DNA from: Synechocystis sp. PCC 6803 substr. PCC-P
GTDB taxonomy: Bacteria; Cyanobacteriota; Cyanobacteriia; Cyanobacteriales; Microcystaceae
DNA: 32,000 bases
Direction of reading: 5' to 3'
Assembly: GCF_000284455.1 (NCBI RefSeq)
Contig: NC_017039.1
Span: forward strand, 300,001-332,000
The notes under the pieces are model-generated. The model was not told the origin of the DNA. It ran no database searches and worked only from the letters and a program-made list of their open reading frames with translations. The translations under genes and the position numbers were made by a program. Shown piece by piece: positions 17,984 through 26,149 of this stretch (the stretch's first letter is position 1; every line of letters begins with the position of its first letter).

Positions 17984-18571
17984 ATGACCTACACAACCCA
18001 GCAATTGCTAGAAATTTTGGAGCAGGAGCTAAGGGCAACTTGTCAGGGTAAACGAGTGCTCCTCTCCCCTGGCGATCGCCTGGACAATCCGATCATGGCT
18101 AAGGCTATCAACCTCGACCAAGTGGGGAAGGTGTTTGCCTATCAAGATTTTCGTGGGCAGATCCATGAATATCAAAGGCAACATAACGTTTCGGGGCTGG
18201 TGTGGCGGCAATGCCATTTCCGGGGGGAATCCATTCAGTTTCCCGAGTTGCACAACCAATTAATTGCCGTGGAAGGGGATAAGGAAAAATTAATGGCTGT
18301 TAAACAGGAAATATTGGCATTTTGGCAACGGCACACCCAGCAGTTAAATTATTGGCTTATTGCCCATCAGCACCGACCTCTACGGCGGGAATCTTTGGCG
18401 GAATTGTGGGAACAGGGGGAATGGGCTGAGTTAGACTCCACCCAACAGGAGCTTTTTCTCGGTATTTGCTGGGGTAATCCAGTGGAGTATCAATATCAAT
18501 GGGCTAAGCCCAATTCCGGTTGCCATCGCATTGTGGCCACCCCTGATCAGCCCAGCGGCATTAAGTTTTAA
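17984..18571 (+). CDS. Hypothetical protein (about 195 aa), family not recognised
   Basis: The ORF opens with TTG at 17978, with ATG two codons later at 17984. Codon usage and length look coding. No motif I can name. Confidence 0.55.
   Translation: MTYTTQQLLEILEQELRATCQGKRVLLSPGDRLDNPIMAKAINLDQVGKVFAYQDFRGQIHEYQRQHNVSGLVWRQCHFRGESIQFPELHNQLIAVEGDKEKLMAVKQEILAFWQRHTQQLNYWLIAHQHRPLRRESLAELWEQGEWAELDSTQQELFLGICWGNPVEYQYQWAKPNSGCHRIVATPDQPSGIKF
18072..18079. repeat. HIP1 octamer GCGATCGC
   Basis: Exact 8-mer. Confidence 0.9.
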
Positions 18572-18590
18572 ACGATTTAGCCAGAGAATG

Positions 18591-18598
18591 GCGATCGC
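18591..18598. repeat. HIP1 octamer GCGATCGC
   Basis: Exact 8-mer. Confidence 0.9.
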
Positions 18599-18660
18599 CC
18601 GCCCATAATCCTCTGATATAGTGTTAGATCGGACTTTATCTGATCATAAGGAGATCTGCC

Positions 18661-18897
18661 ATGGCCCGTCGCTGTCAACTGACCGGGAAAAAAGCTAATA
18701 ACGGTTTTGCCGTATCTCACTCCCACCGTCGCACCAAGAAATTACAACAGGCAAATTTGCAATGGAAACGGGTTTGGTGGCCCGAAGGCAATCGCTTTGT
18801 CCGTCTGCGTCTTTCCACCACTGCCATTAAAACTTTGGAATCCAAAGGCATCAACGCCATGGCCAAGGAAGCGGGCATCAACTTGAATAAATTCTAG
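18661..18897 (+). CDS. rpmB: 50S ribosomal protein L28
   Basis: 78 aa, [40 protein letters not shown] Shine-Dalgarno sequence just upstream. Confidence 0.95.
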
Positions 18898-18956
18898 AGC
18901 GATCGGCTGTAGTTTTTGTTGGTATCCCAGACAGCTTCCCATGGACAAATCCACAG

Positions 18957-18989
18957 AGGAGCAGAATCTTCGATATGGTTCCTGCTCCT
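18957..18989 (+). other. Stem-loop downstream of rpmB (8-bp perfect stem, 17-nt loop), possible transcript 3'-end structure
   Basis: AGGAGCAG (18957-18964) is the exact reverse complement of CTGCTCCT (18982-18989). No U-tract follows, so it is not a canonical intrinsic terminator. Confidence 0.3.
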
Positions 18990-19095
18990 TGCCATTGGGG
19001 GGTAAAACCACTGGGTTAACAGGGGACGATAATTTAACAGGAAGGTCAAGATAACGCAGAATGGAAAGGTGAACTTCTCGATGGAGTAACTTCCG

Positions 19096-20529
19096 ATGTT
19101 GGCGTTGATGCTATCCGGTGCAGTGGCCTTAGCCAGTCTAGCTTTTTTCTTTTCGGCATTTTTTGCCCCAAAATTGCATCGCAAGGACGATTTCCTTTGG
19201 AGTGGCGTGGGCTTTTTCTACGGCCTAGTGCTCTGGAACTGTGCCCAACGTTTCACTGGAGCCATTCTCCTTGGCCAAGCAGCCGTGGTGGTGTTGGTGC
19301 TGGCCTTTGCTTGGCAAACTCTGCGACTCCGGGCGGCGATCGCCAGCAATGCCATTGTGGAAGTTCCTAGTTTCTCCCTGCTGGATTGGTTCGCTGGTGG
19401 TTTGCAACGTAAACCTAAAGTTAAAACTCCAGTCGCCGTTGACGATAAAAAGGCTGCAACAAAGGATCAAGACAACACTGAAGTTGAATCCGTAACCGGG
19501 GCCGTTAAACGAGATTTGCCAGAAACAGGGGAGCAACTGAAATCTGTTGATGATTCCGCCCCAGCATCAGTTACAGAAACGGTTACAAGCACTGTTGAAC
19601 AAGTTAGTGAGAGTATTCCAACAGAAGCAGAAAGTGCAATAGAAACAGCAGAAGAAGTAGTGGTGGAATTGAATCAAGCCGCCGAAACCCTGGCCGAAGA
19701 AGTCGTAGAAAAAGCTGAAGAAGCGGTGGAAAAGGTCGCTGAAATGGTTGGCCAAAAGGAAGAAAAGCCAGTTAATCCTGCTCCAGAGAAAGAGGAGGAG
19801 GTTCTGCTCAAAAAACCTAAATCGAAACTGTTTCAACGCTTATTTGGTCGTAAAAAGGCGGCAGTTCCCCCAGTACAGCCCAAAGCATCCCAGCCAGAAA
19901 CGGTGGAGCAGAAAGTAGCCATTGAGCCGGAGAGTTCCACCGCTCAAACCGATGATTGGGATGACGGGGAAGATTGGGGCGAGGATCTACCATCGACGGA
20001 AGATTCTAGTCCTGGTGGGGAAATTTCCGATGAAGTCAGCGAGGATAACCCAGAAAATGATCAGACCAAGGTAATTGCTGTGGTGGAAACGGTGCAAATT
20101 GAACAGCAAATCACCTTAATCGAAGTGCCCGATTCAGAAAATATAACTGCAGAGGAAGCGCCTGCAGCTCCTTTAATCGAGGAGGAGCAAATAGCCCAGG
20201 AGGAAATAGTAGTAGATGAAGTTATTGCTCCAATGTCTGGAACAACGGCGGCGGTAATTGAGGTAACCATGCCAGAACTTGTCGACCCTGAAACCAACAT
20301 TGAGCAAGGGCCAGATTCCAGCGGCGTTGATGAAGTTTATGAAAGGGAAACAGAGACAGAAGAAATTGGAGAAATTACCGAGGCGATCGCCAGTGACCTA
20401 GAAGAGGTTCCAGAGCCAAGGACTGATGTCAACGAAACTACGGTCAATACAGACATTGCAGAGGAAGAAGAGACCCAAAATGAAGGGGAAGAGCCCACCG
20501 AGGAAAAACAAAATTGGGCCGATGGCTAA
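19096..20529 (+). CDS. Ycf66-N-like two-TM protein with a long acidic low-complexity C-terminal region
   Basis: The N-terminal ~90 aa fit the Ycf66_N pattern (APKLHRKDDFLWSGVGFFYGLVLW...LLGQ...FAWQTLRLR). The remaining ~380 aa are E/D/V/T/A-rich with almost no aromatic or basic residues. Confidence 0.7.
   Translation: MLALMLSGAVALASLAFFFSAFFAPKLHRKDDFLWSGVGFFYGLVLWNCAQRFTGAILLGQAAVVVLVLAFAWQTLRLRAAIASNAIVEVPSFSLLDWFAGGLQRKPKVKTPVAVDDKKAATKDQDNTEVESVTGAVKRDLPETGEQLKSVDDSAPASVTETVTSTVEQVSESIPTEAESAIETAEEVVVELNQAAETLAEEVVEKAEEAVEKVAEMVGQKEEKPVNPAPEKEEEVLLKKPKSKLFQRLFGRKKAAVPPVQPKASQPETVEQKVAIEPESSTAQTDDWDDGEDWGEDLPSTEDSSPGGEISDEVSEDNPENDQTKVIAVVETVQIEQQITLIEVPDSENITAEEAPAAPLIEEEQIAQEEIVVDEVIAPMSGTTAAVIEVTMPELVDPETNIEQGPDSSGVDEVYERETETEEIGEITEAIASDLEEVPEPRTDVNETTVNTDIAEEEETQNEGEEPTEEKQNWADG
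19336..19343. repeat. HIP1 octamer GCGATCGC
   Basis: Exact 8-mer. Confidence 0.9.
20383..20390. repeat. HIP1 octamer GCGATCGC
   Basis: Exact 8-mer. Confidence 0.9.
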
Positions 20530-20581
20530 ACAGTTAACTCTGAAAGGAGATGTCCTATGTTAGGATCGTAAAGCTTCATTG

Positions 20582-20655
20582 CGGGATGTAGCGCAGCTTG
20601 GTAGCGCACTTCGTTCGGGACGAAGGGGCCGCAGGTTCGAATCCTGTCATCCCGA
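20582..20655 (+). tRNA. trnP: tRNA-Pro (anticodon CGG)
   Basis: Hand-folded cloverleaf. Acceptor CGGGATG/CATCCCG, D-stem GCGC/GCGC, anticodon stem CTTCG/CGAAG with loop TTCGGGA, T-arm GCAGG-TTCGAAT-CCTGT, discriminator A. CCA is not encoded. Confidence 0.9.
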
Positions 20656-20784
20656 TTGTTGTACGATGACACACTCTTTGTTGTTATTTTATCAACCTCT
20701 AACAATTACAGTCATCTACGGTTTCCATAGGAATTTTTCCACAATACCCACCTTCAGATCCAAATTAGTATGGCAAGGGTTAGG

Positions 20785-21447
20785 CTAGCGAAAATTTCCC
20801 GTGTCATAAATGCGCTGATTAGTATAAGGCCAAAGGAAAACGTTAAAATTTTTGCCGCCAATTTGTTCTCGATATTTAAATGTGTCTTTTTCGTAGAGAC
20901 TCACCACTGCATTGAGTTGGTTCGCTAAGTTAAGGCATTGCTTAAATGTGGGGGAAGTATAACATTGCACATCAATTTGGTTACAGCCGTAGCGGGGCAC
21001 CAGGTTCTTTTGGAATGGCTGAATGGAGCAAAAAATAAACTTACGATACTGGTTAGCTAAATACTCAAAATCCCTGGAGGAGTAGTTGGCAAAAAAATGG
21101 TCATCCACCTGTAAACCGTCCGTGTGGCGGGCTTCATTAATAATTTGTTCAATGGTGAGGCGGCGGTATTGGGGAGATTGGACCCAGGCAATGGGAATTA
21201 AGTTATGGTTGCGGGCTTGTTGACTAATTTGTTCCTGCACATCGTCCGCTACTCCCCGAAAATCCAAAAATACAAGGCGGTAGCCCTGACTTTGAATATC
21301 CTTCATCACTTGGTCTAGGGCGTTTTGGGAAGCATAGAAACGGATTTGGGGTTGGGATAACCAAGTGCCGTTGGGCACCCCGGCCAGGGCCATACTGGGG
21401 CAAAGTGTGAGAACACCGATGAGTAATTTTTGCAGAATTTTTAACAT
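20785..21447 (-). CDS. Hypothetical secreted protein (220 aa)
   Basis: ATG start and an N-terminal signal peptide (MLKILQKLLIGVLTLCPSMALAG). Several Cys in the mature part. No family recognised. Confidence 0.55.
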   Translation of the reverse strand: MLKILQKLLIGVLTLCPSMALAGVPNGTWLSQPQIRFYASQNALDQVMKDIQSQGYRLVFLDFRGVADDVQEQISQQARNHNLIPIAWVQSPQYRRLTIEQIINEARHTDGLQVDDHFFANYSSRDFEYLANQYRKFIFCSIQPFQKNLVPRYGCNQIDVQCYTSPTFKQCLNLANQLNAVVSLYEKDTFKYREQIGGKNFNVFLWPYTNQRIYDTGNFR

Positions 21448-21584
21448 TGGAGGAGGAGGAGGCGATAAATGGTAGCACCAAAGCTAGGAAGGACCCATGG
21501 AGCTGATTATGGTCAATGTTAGGCTAAGGGAAGGAAATTAACCCTGTTTTACCGCTGACAAGGGCCAAAGTATAAACAGATTTG

Positions 21585-21592
21585 GCGATCGC
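21585..21592. repeat. HIP1 octamer GCGATCGC
   Basis: Exact 8-mer. Confidence 0.9.
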
Positions 21593-21698
21593 CGCTTGAC
21601 CGGGGGAATGGTATCTCTCGCCCACTATTAAAGTTAAAATAGGGTTTTCTGTGGATTAACCACGGACGATTTTCCCGTCGATTACATAGAGAGAGTTA

Positions 21699-23606
21699 AT
21701 GGTAACCACCCCCACCGCTGCCCCCCGTAAACCGTCCAAGGTAGAAGGCATCAAGGAAAGAAGCAATTATTTACGGGAACCCCTGGCCACCGAACTGTTG
21801 AATGATGCTAACTATTTTACGGACGATGCCGTCCAAATTCTGAAATTCCACGGTTCCTACCAACAGGACAATCGGGACAATCGGGTTAAGGGGCAAGAAA
21901 AGGATTATCAGTTTATGCTCCGCACCCGCAATCCGGGGGGATTGATTCCGGCCCAACTCTACACCGCCCTAGATGATCTGTCCAAAACCCACGGTAACCA
22001 AACTCTCCGGGTGACCACCAGACAAGGTTTGCAAATCCACGGCATTGTCAAAAAAGACCTGAAAATGGCGATCGCCACGGTGGTGAATAATTTGGGGTCC
22101 ACGTTGGGAGCCTGTGGCGACATTAACCGTAACGTGATGGCTCCGGCGGCACCCTTCCGAGATAAACCGGAATATGGTTATGCCTGGGACTATGCCAATA
22201 AGGTGGCGGATCTACTCAGCCCCCAGAGCGGTGCCTATTACGAAATTTGGCTCGATGGGGAAAAGGTCATTAGTGGGGAGGAAGCCCCGGAAGTTAAAGC
22301 GGCCCGGCAAAAGGATCTCAATGGCACTAACCTGAATGACCCCAAGGAACCGATTTACGGCCAACAGTTCATGCCCCGGAAATTCAAAATTAGCGTCACC
22401 GTGCCGGGGGACAATTCCATTGACGTTTACACCCACGATATTAGTTTGGTGGTAATCACCGATCGCCATGGGGAGCTACGGGGTTTTAATGTATTGGCTG
22501 GCGGTGGTTTGGGACGTACCCACAATAAAGAGGAAACCTTTGCCCGGGCCGCTGACCCCATTGGTTATGTGAGCAAAGACGATGTCTATGATCTAGTCAA
22601 AGCCATTGTGGCCACCCAACGGGATTACGGCGATCGCCATAACCGTCGCCATGCCCGGATGAAATATTTGTTGGCGGACTGGGGGGTGGAAAAATTCCGC
22701 AAACAAGTGGAAACCTACATGGGTAAACCGTTCCAATCTTTCAAACCTCTGCCAGCCTGGCGTTACCAAGATTACCTCGGTTGGCACGAACAGGGGGATG
22801 GCAAGCTCTTTTTCGGTTTGTCGGTGGAAAATGGCCGCATCAAAGACGAGGGGGATTTTCAGCTTAAAACCGCCCTGCGCAAGGTAGTGGACCAATTCCA
22901 ATTGCCCCTGCGCCTCACCGCCAACCACAATATCCTGCTCTACGACATCAATGCCCAGGATAAAGCGGCGATCGAGCAAATTTTCCAACAGCACGGCGTA
23001 GTCACCGACCCAGAGGCGATCGACACCCTAGTCCGTTACTCCATGGCTTGCCCCGCCCTGCCCACCTGTGGCCTAGCAGTCACCGAGTCGGAAAGAATTA
23101 TGCCCAGTGTTAACGCCCGTCTGCGGGATTTGTTGAACAGTCTGGATTTACCCAATGAAAGTATCGTCACCCGCATGACCGGTTGCCCCAACGGTTGTGC
23201 CCGGCCCTACATGGCGGAAATTGGTTTTGTTGGTAGTGCCCCCAACAGTTACCAAGTGTGGCTGGGGGGAAGTCCGAACCAGGAACGTTTAGCGGCAGCC
23301 TATACGGAAAAAATGCCCCTGGAACAGCTAGAAAGCCTTTTTGAACCTTTATTTGTGTACTTCAAGCAGAGCCGTAAAGGTAAGGAAAGTTTTGGAGACT
23401 TTTGCCATCGAGTGGGCTTCACTGCCCTACGGGAATTTAGCCATGGTTACACAGCACCGGCCAAGGGCGGTAAAAACCGCAAAAACCAACGGCGGGTCAG
23501 CCTGTCCGATGAAATGTATGCCCAGCTTAAGGCCCGGTCTGAGCGGGATAATTGCCCCATGAATCAGATTGTGCAGCAAGCCCTCACCGCTTACCTGGGC
23601 AAATAA
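21699..23606 (+). CDS. sir: Ferredoxin-sulfite reductase (siroheme/[4Fe-4S] hemoprotein)
   Basis: 635 aa. Duplicated nitrite/sulfite reductase fold with the cluster/siroheme Cys motifs [11 protein letters not shown] and [17 protein letters not shown]-terminus [16 protein letters not shown] is SiR-type. It is longer than NirA-type enzymes. Confidence 0.95.
22068..22075. repeat. HIP1 octamer GCGATCGC
   Basis: Exact 8-mer. Confidence 0.9.
22630..22637. repeat. HIP1 octamer GCGATCGC
   Basis: Exact 8-mer. Confidence 0.9.
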
Positions 23607-23804
23607 TTCCTTGCCATAATTTCCCTAAAGTTCCGTCGGCTAAACCGCCCGATCTCCCAAGTTTGGTGGCGCTTTGGTCAATTGGGATCAACTGGACCGA
23701 AGTGCTCCGGAACACTCATATTGGGAGAAAAATTAGGGTCCTGCCAACCAATTCAGCAAAATTTCAACTATCTGTATCTCAGTTCTCCTAGCCTCTTAAT
23801 CAAG

Positions 23805-24731
23805 ATGGATTTTGCCTCCGGTTTACCCATTTTCATTGTCACCCTGCGGGAAGCATTGGAAGCATCCCTCGTGGTGGGCATTGTGTTGGCTTGTCTTGCC
23901 CGGGCCCAGCAAATGCAACTCAAAGGCTGGGTTTATCGGGGCATTAGTGCCGGGGTGGTGGCCAGCGTTTTAGTGGGTTGCCTGCTGGCAGGGGTATTGC
24001 AGGGAGTTGAACGATTGCCGGGGCCCTACACCCCTATTTTAAAAGCCCTTTTGGCCGCTCTCTTGGGGGCGATCGCCGTGGGGATGCTGAGTTGGATGTT
24101 GCTCTGGATGACCAAACAAGCCCGTTCCCTGCGGGGGGAAATCCAGGGGCAAATTAACCAGGCGGTGGAAAAAGAAGGAGGGGGTAAAGCCATTGCCATT
24201 GTGGTTTTCATTGCTGTGGTGCGGGAAGGTTTTGAAATGGTCCTATTCCTAGCAGCCCAACAAAATATGGCCAATCCAGCGGCGATCGGGGCGGCGTTGG
24301 CGGGCATTGGTACAGCGGTAGTGATGGCCTTCTTAATTTTCCGCCTAGGGGTCAAACTGAACTTGAAACTTTTCTTCCAGGTGATGGGCACCCTGTTGCT
24401 GATTATTGTCGGAGGATTGGTGATTGGGGTGCTGAAAAATCTCGATCTGGCGGTCAGTATGATGGGCTTGGCCAATCTGGGCCTGGGTTATCTCTGTTTT
24501 GTCCCCGGTGATTCTTGCTTGCTGGGGCCCCTGTTGTGGAATTTAGCTCCCTGGTTACCAGATAATCAATTTCCCGGCATTGTGCTCAAAACCCTGGCGG
24601 GCTACCGGGATCACCTTTACCTATTCCAGGCGATCGCCTACGGCATTTTTTTAAGTGTCATTGGCAGTCTTTATTTCCGAGGTTTGGCCGGCAAAGGTGA
24701 TGCTCCCCAGGCTGTGGCCCAAAAATCCTAG
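23805..24731 (+). CDS. ftr1: FTR1/EfeU-family high-affinity iron permease
   Basis: The ORF is open from 23682, but the ATG at 23805 gives MDFASGLPIFIVTLREALEASLV. Two REXXE iron-binding motifs (REALE, REGFE) sit in TM helices of a polytopic protein. Confidence 0.85.
   Translation: MDFASGLPIFIVTLREALEASLVVGIVLACLARAQQMQLKGWVYRGISAGVVASVLVGCLLAGVLQGVERLPGPYTPILKALLAALLGAIAVGMLSWMLLWMTKQARSLRGEIQGQINQAVEKEGGGKAIAIVVFIAVVREGFEMVLFLAAQQNMANPAAIGAALAGIGTAVVMAFLIFRLGVKLNLKLFFQVMGTLLLIIVGGLVIGVLKNLDLAVSMMGLANLGLGYLCFVPGDSCLLGPLLWNLAPWLPDNQFPGIVLKTLAGYRDHLYLFQAIAYGIFLSVIGSLYFRGLAGKGDAPQAVAQKS
24069..24076. repeat. HIP1 octamer GCGATCGC
   Basis: Exact 8-mer. Confidence 0.9.
24630..24637. repeat. HIP1 octamer GCGATCGC
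   Basis: Exact 8-mer. Confidence 0.9.
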
Positions 24732-24830
24732 GTAGGGGCCAGCGTTGCCCTCAATTTTTACCATTGGTCAAGTCTTTTCCTAACCTCCCTAAAATGGTAG
24801 GGTTTCTTTCCCCCCTTTTCCCGTGCGTAT

Positions 24831-26006
24831 ATGAAACTCATCTGTCGTCAAAGTGATTTAAGCAGTGGTTTATCCCTGGTCAGTCGGGCTGTTTCCTCCC
24901 GACCTACCCATCCCGTGTTGGGCAATGTGCTCCTGGAAGCCGATGCAGACAAAAATTATTTACGCCTAACGGCCTTTGACCTCAGCCTTGGTATCCAGAG
25001 TAGTTTCACCGCCGACGTGCAACAGAGTGGCCGCATCACCCTGCCTGCTAAATTGCTCAATGACATTGTTTCCCGCTTGCCGGACGGAGATATTACCCTG
25101 GCGATCGATCCCGATGGCGATGCTGGGGATAGCCATTTAACCACCATCACCTCAGAATCAGGGCGGTTCCAAATTCGGGGCCTGGATGCGGATGATTTTC
25201 CCGCTCTGCCCACCGTTGAAGGAGTCAAACCATTACTGTTACCAGTGGCAACCCTCAATGAAGGGTTACGGGGGGCCCTGTTCGCCGCCAGTACGGACGA
25301 GACTAAGCAAGTACTGACAGGAGTACATATCAAAGGCAGTGGCGACAGTTTGGAATTTGCGGCCACTGATGGTCACCGACTGGCAGTGGTGGAGGCCCCC
25401 ACCCAGATTGAAAACGATGAAGGGGAAGCGGTGATTACGGGCAGTGACCTGGCAGATTTTGCTGTCACTATTCCGGCCCGGGCTTTGCGGGAATTAGAAA
25501 GAATGGTGGCCAGCCAAGGTAACAGTGATTTAGTTTCCCTGGTGGTGAATGATACCCAGGTAATTTTTGAGTTGGGGGATCAACGGTTAACGAGCCGTAA
25601 GTTAGAGGGGGCCTATCCCGCCTATGACCAGCTTATTCCCCGGCAGTTTAGTCGCACCGTCACCATGGAGCGCAAACGGTTAATCACTTCCTTGGAAAGG
25701 GTTTCTGTGCTGGCCGACCAAAAAAATAACTTGGTCACCTTCACCTTACAAAGCCCCGGTAATCAACTGCAGTTGGCAGTGGAAGCCCAGGATTTGGGAC
25801 ATGGGGAAGAATCCATGGGGGCGGAAATCATTGGCGAAGGGGGGCAAATTGCGTTCAACATCAAATATTTGATGGATGGCCTGAAAGCTTTACCTAGCAA
25901 TGATATTCAAATGCAACTTAATGAGGGCAATCAGCCGGTAATTTTTACTCCCCTGGGAGGCCTGAAAATGACCTATCTAGTCATGCCGGTGCGTCTGGTG
26001 AATTAG
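24831..26006 (+). CDS. dnaN: DNA polymerase III beta sliding clamp
   Basis: 391 aa with a typical DnaN N-terminus (MKLICRQSDLSSGLSLVSRAVSSRPTHPVLGNVLLEA) and C-terminus (PVIFTP...YLVMPVRL). Confidence 0.95.
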   Translation: MKLICRQSDLSSGLSLVSRAVSSRPTHPVLGNVLLEADADKNYLRLTAFDLSLGIQSSFTADVQQSGRITLPAKLLNDIVSRLPDGDITLAIDPDGDAGDSHLTTITSESGRFQIRGLDADDFPALPTVEGVKPLLLPVATLNEGLRGALFAASTDETKQVLTGVHIKGSGDSLEFAATDGHRLAVVEAPTQIENDEGEAVITGSDLADFAVTIPARALRELERMVASQGNSDLVSLVVNDTQVIFELGDQRLTSRKLEGAYPAYDQLIPRQFSRTVTMERKRLITSLERVSVLADQKNNLVTFTLQSPGNQLQLAVEAQDLGHGEESMGAEIIGEGGQIAFNIKYLMDGLKALPSNDIQMQLNEGNQPVIFTPLGGLKMTYLVMPVRLVN

Positions 26007-26149
26007 GTTGAGCAAATCCTTTGGGGATTGGCCATGGGACTATGGCAAAATATGTGAGGCTCAGAGCAAGGCTTATTGTTGGTTGCTCTGTCCGTTCCAG
26101 GGAGATGATCCCAATCCCACCTTCCTTTTTGTCCTAGCCTAGCCTGCCC

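Noticed and set aside
20656-21698. Genomic island integrated at tRNA-Pro.
   Set aside because: There is no integrase and no direct repeat of the tRNA 3' end. HIP1 density and base composition look normal on both sides.
24026-24475. Long antisense or alternate-frame ORFs. Examples: 24026-24475 (-), 7496-7966 (+), 17166-17612 (+), 2173-2616 (-), 4967-5341 (-), 29593-29970 (-), 30669-31073 (+), 22593-22994 (-).
   Set aside because: Each lies entirely inside, or opposite, a gene with a full-length recognisable family match. Their translations are low-complexity, Arg/Pro/Ser-rich and carry no motifs. Such shadow ORFs are expected by chance in this composition.
26133-26146. Micro-tandem CCTAG-CCTAG-CCTG just upstream of trpA, and small hairpins (GAGCAA...TTGCTC, AATCC...GGATT) after dnaN.
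   Set aside because: Each is very short (5-6 nt units or stems) and is expected by chance. No U-tract or other supporting context is present.
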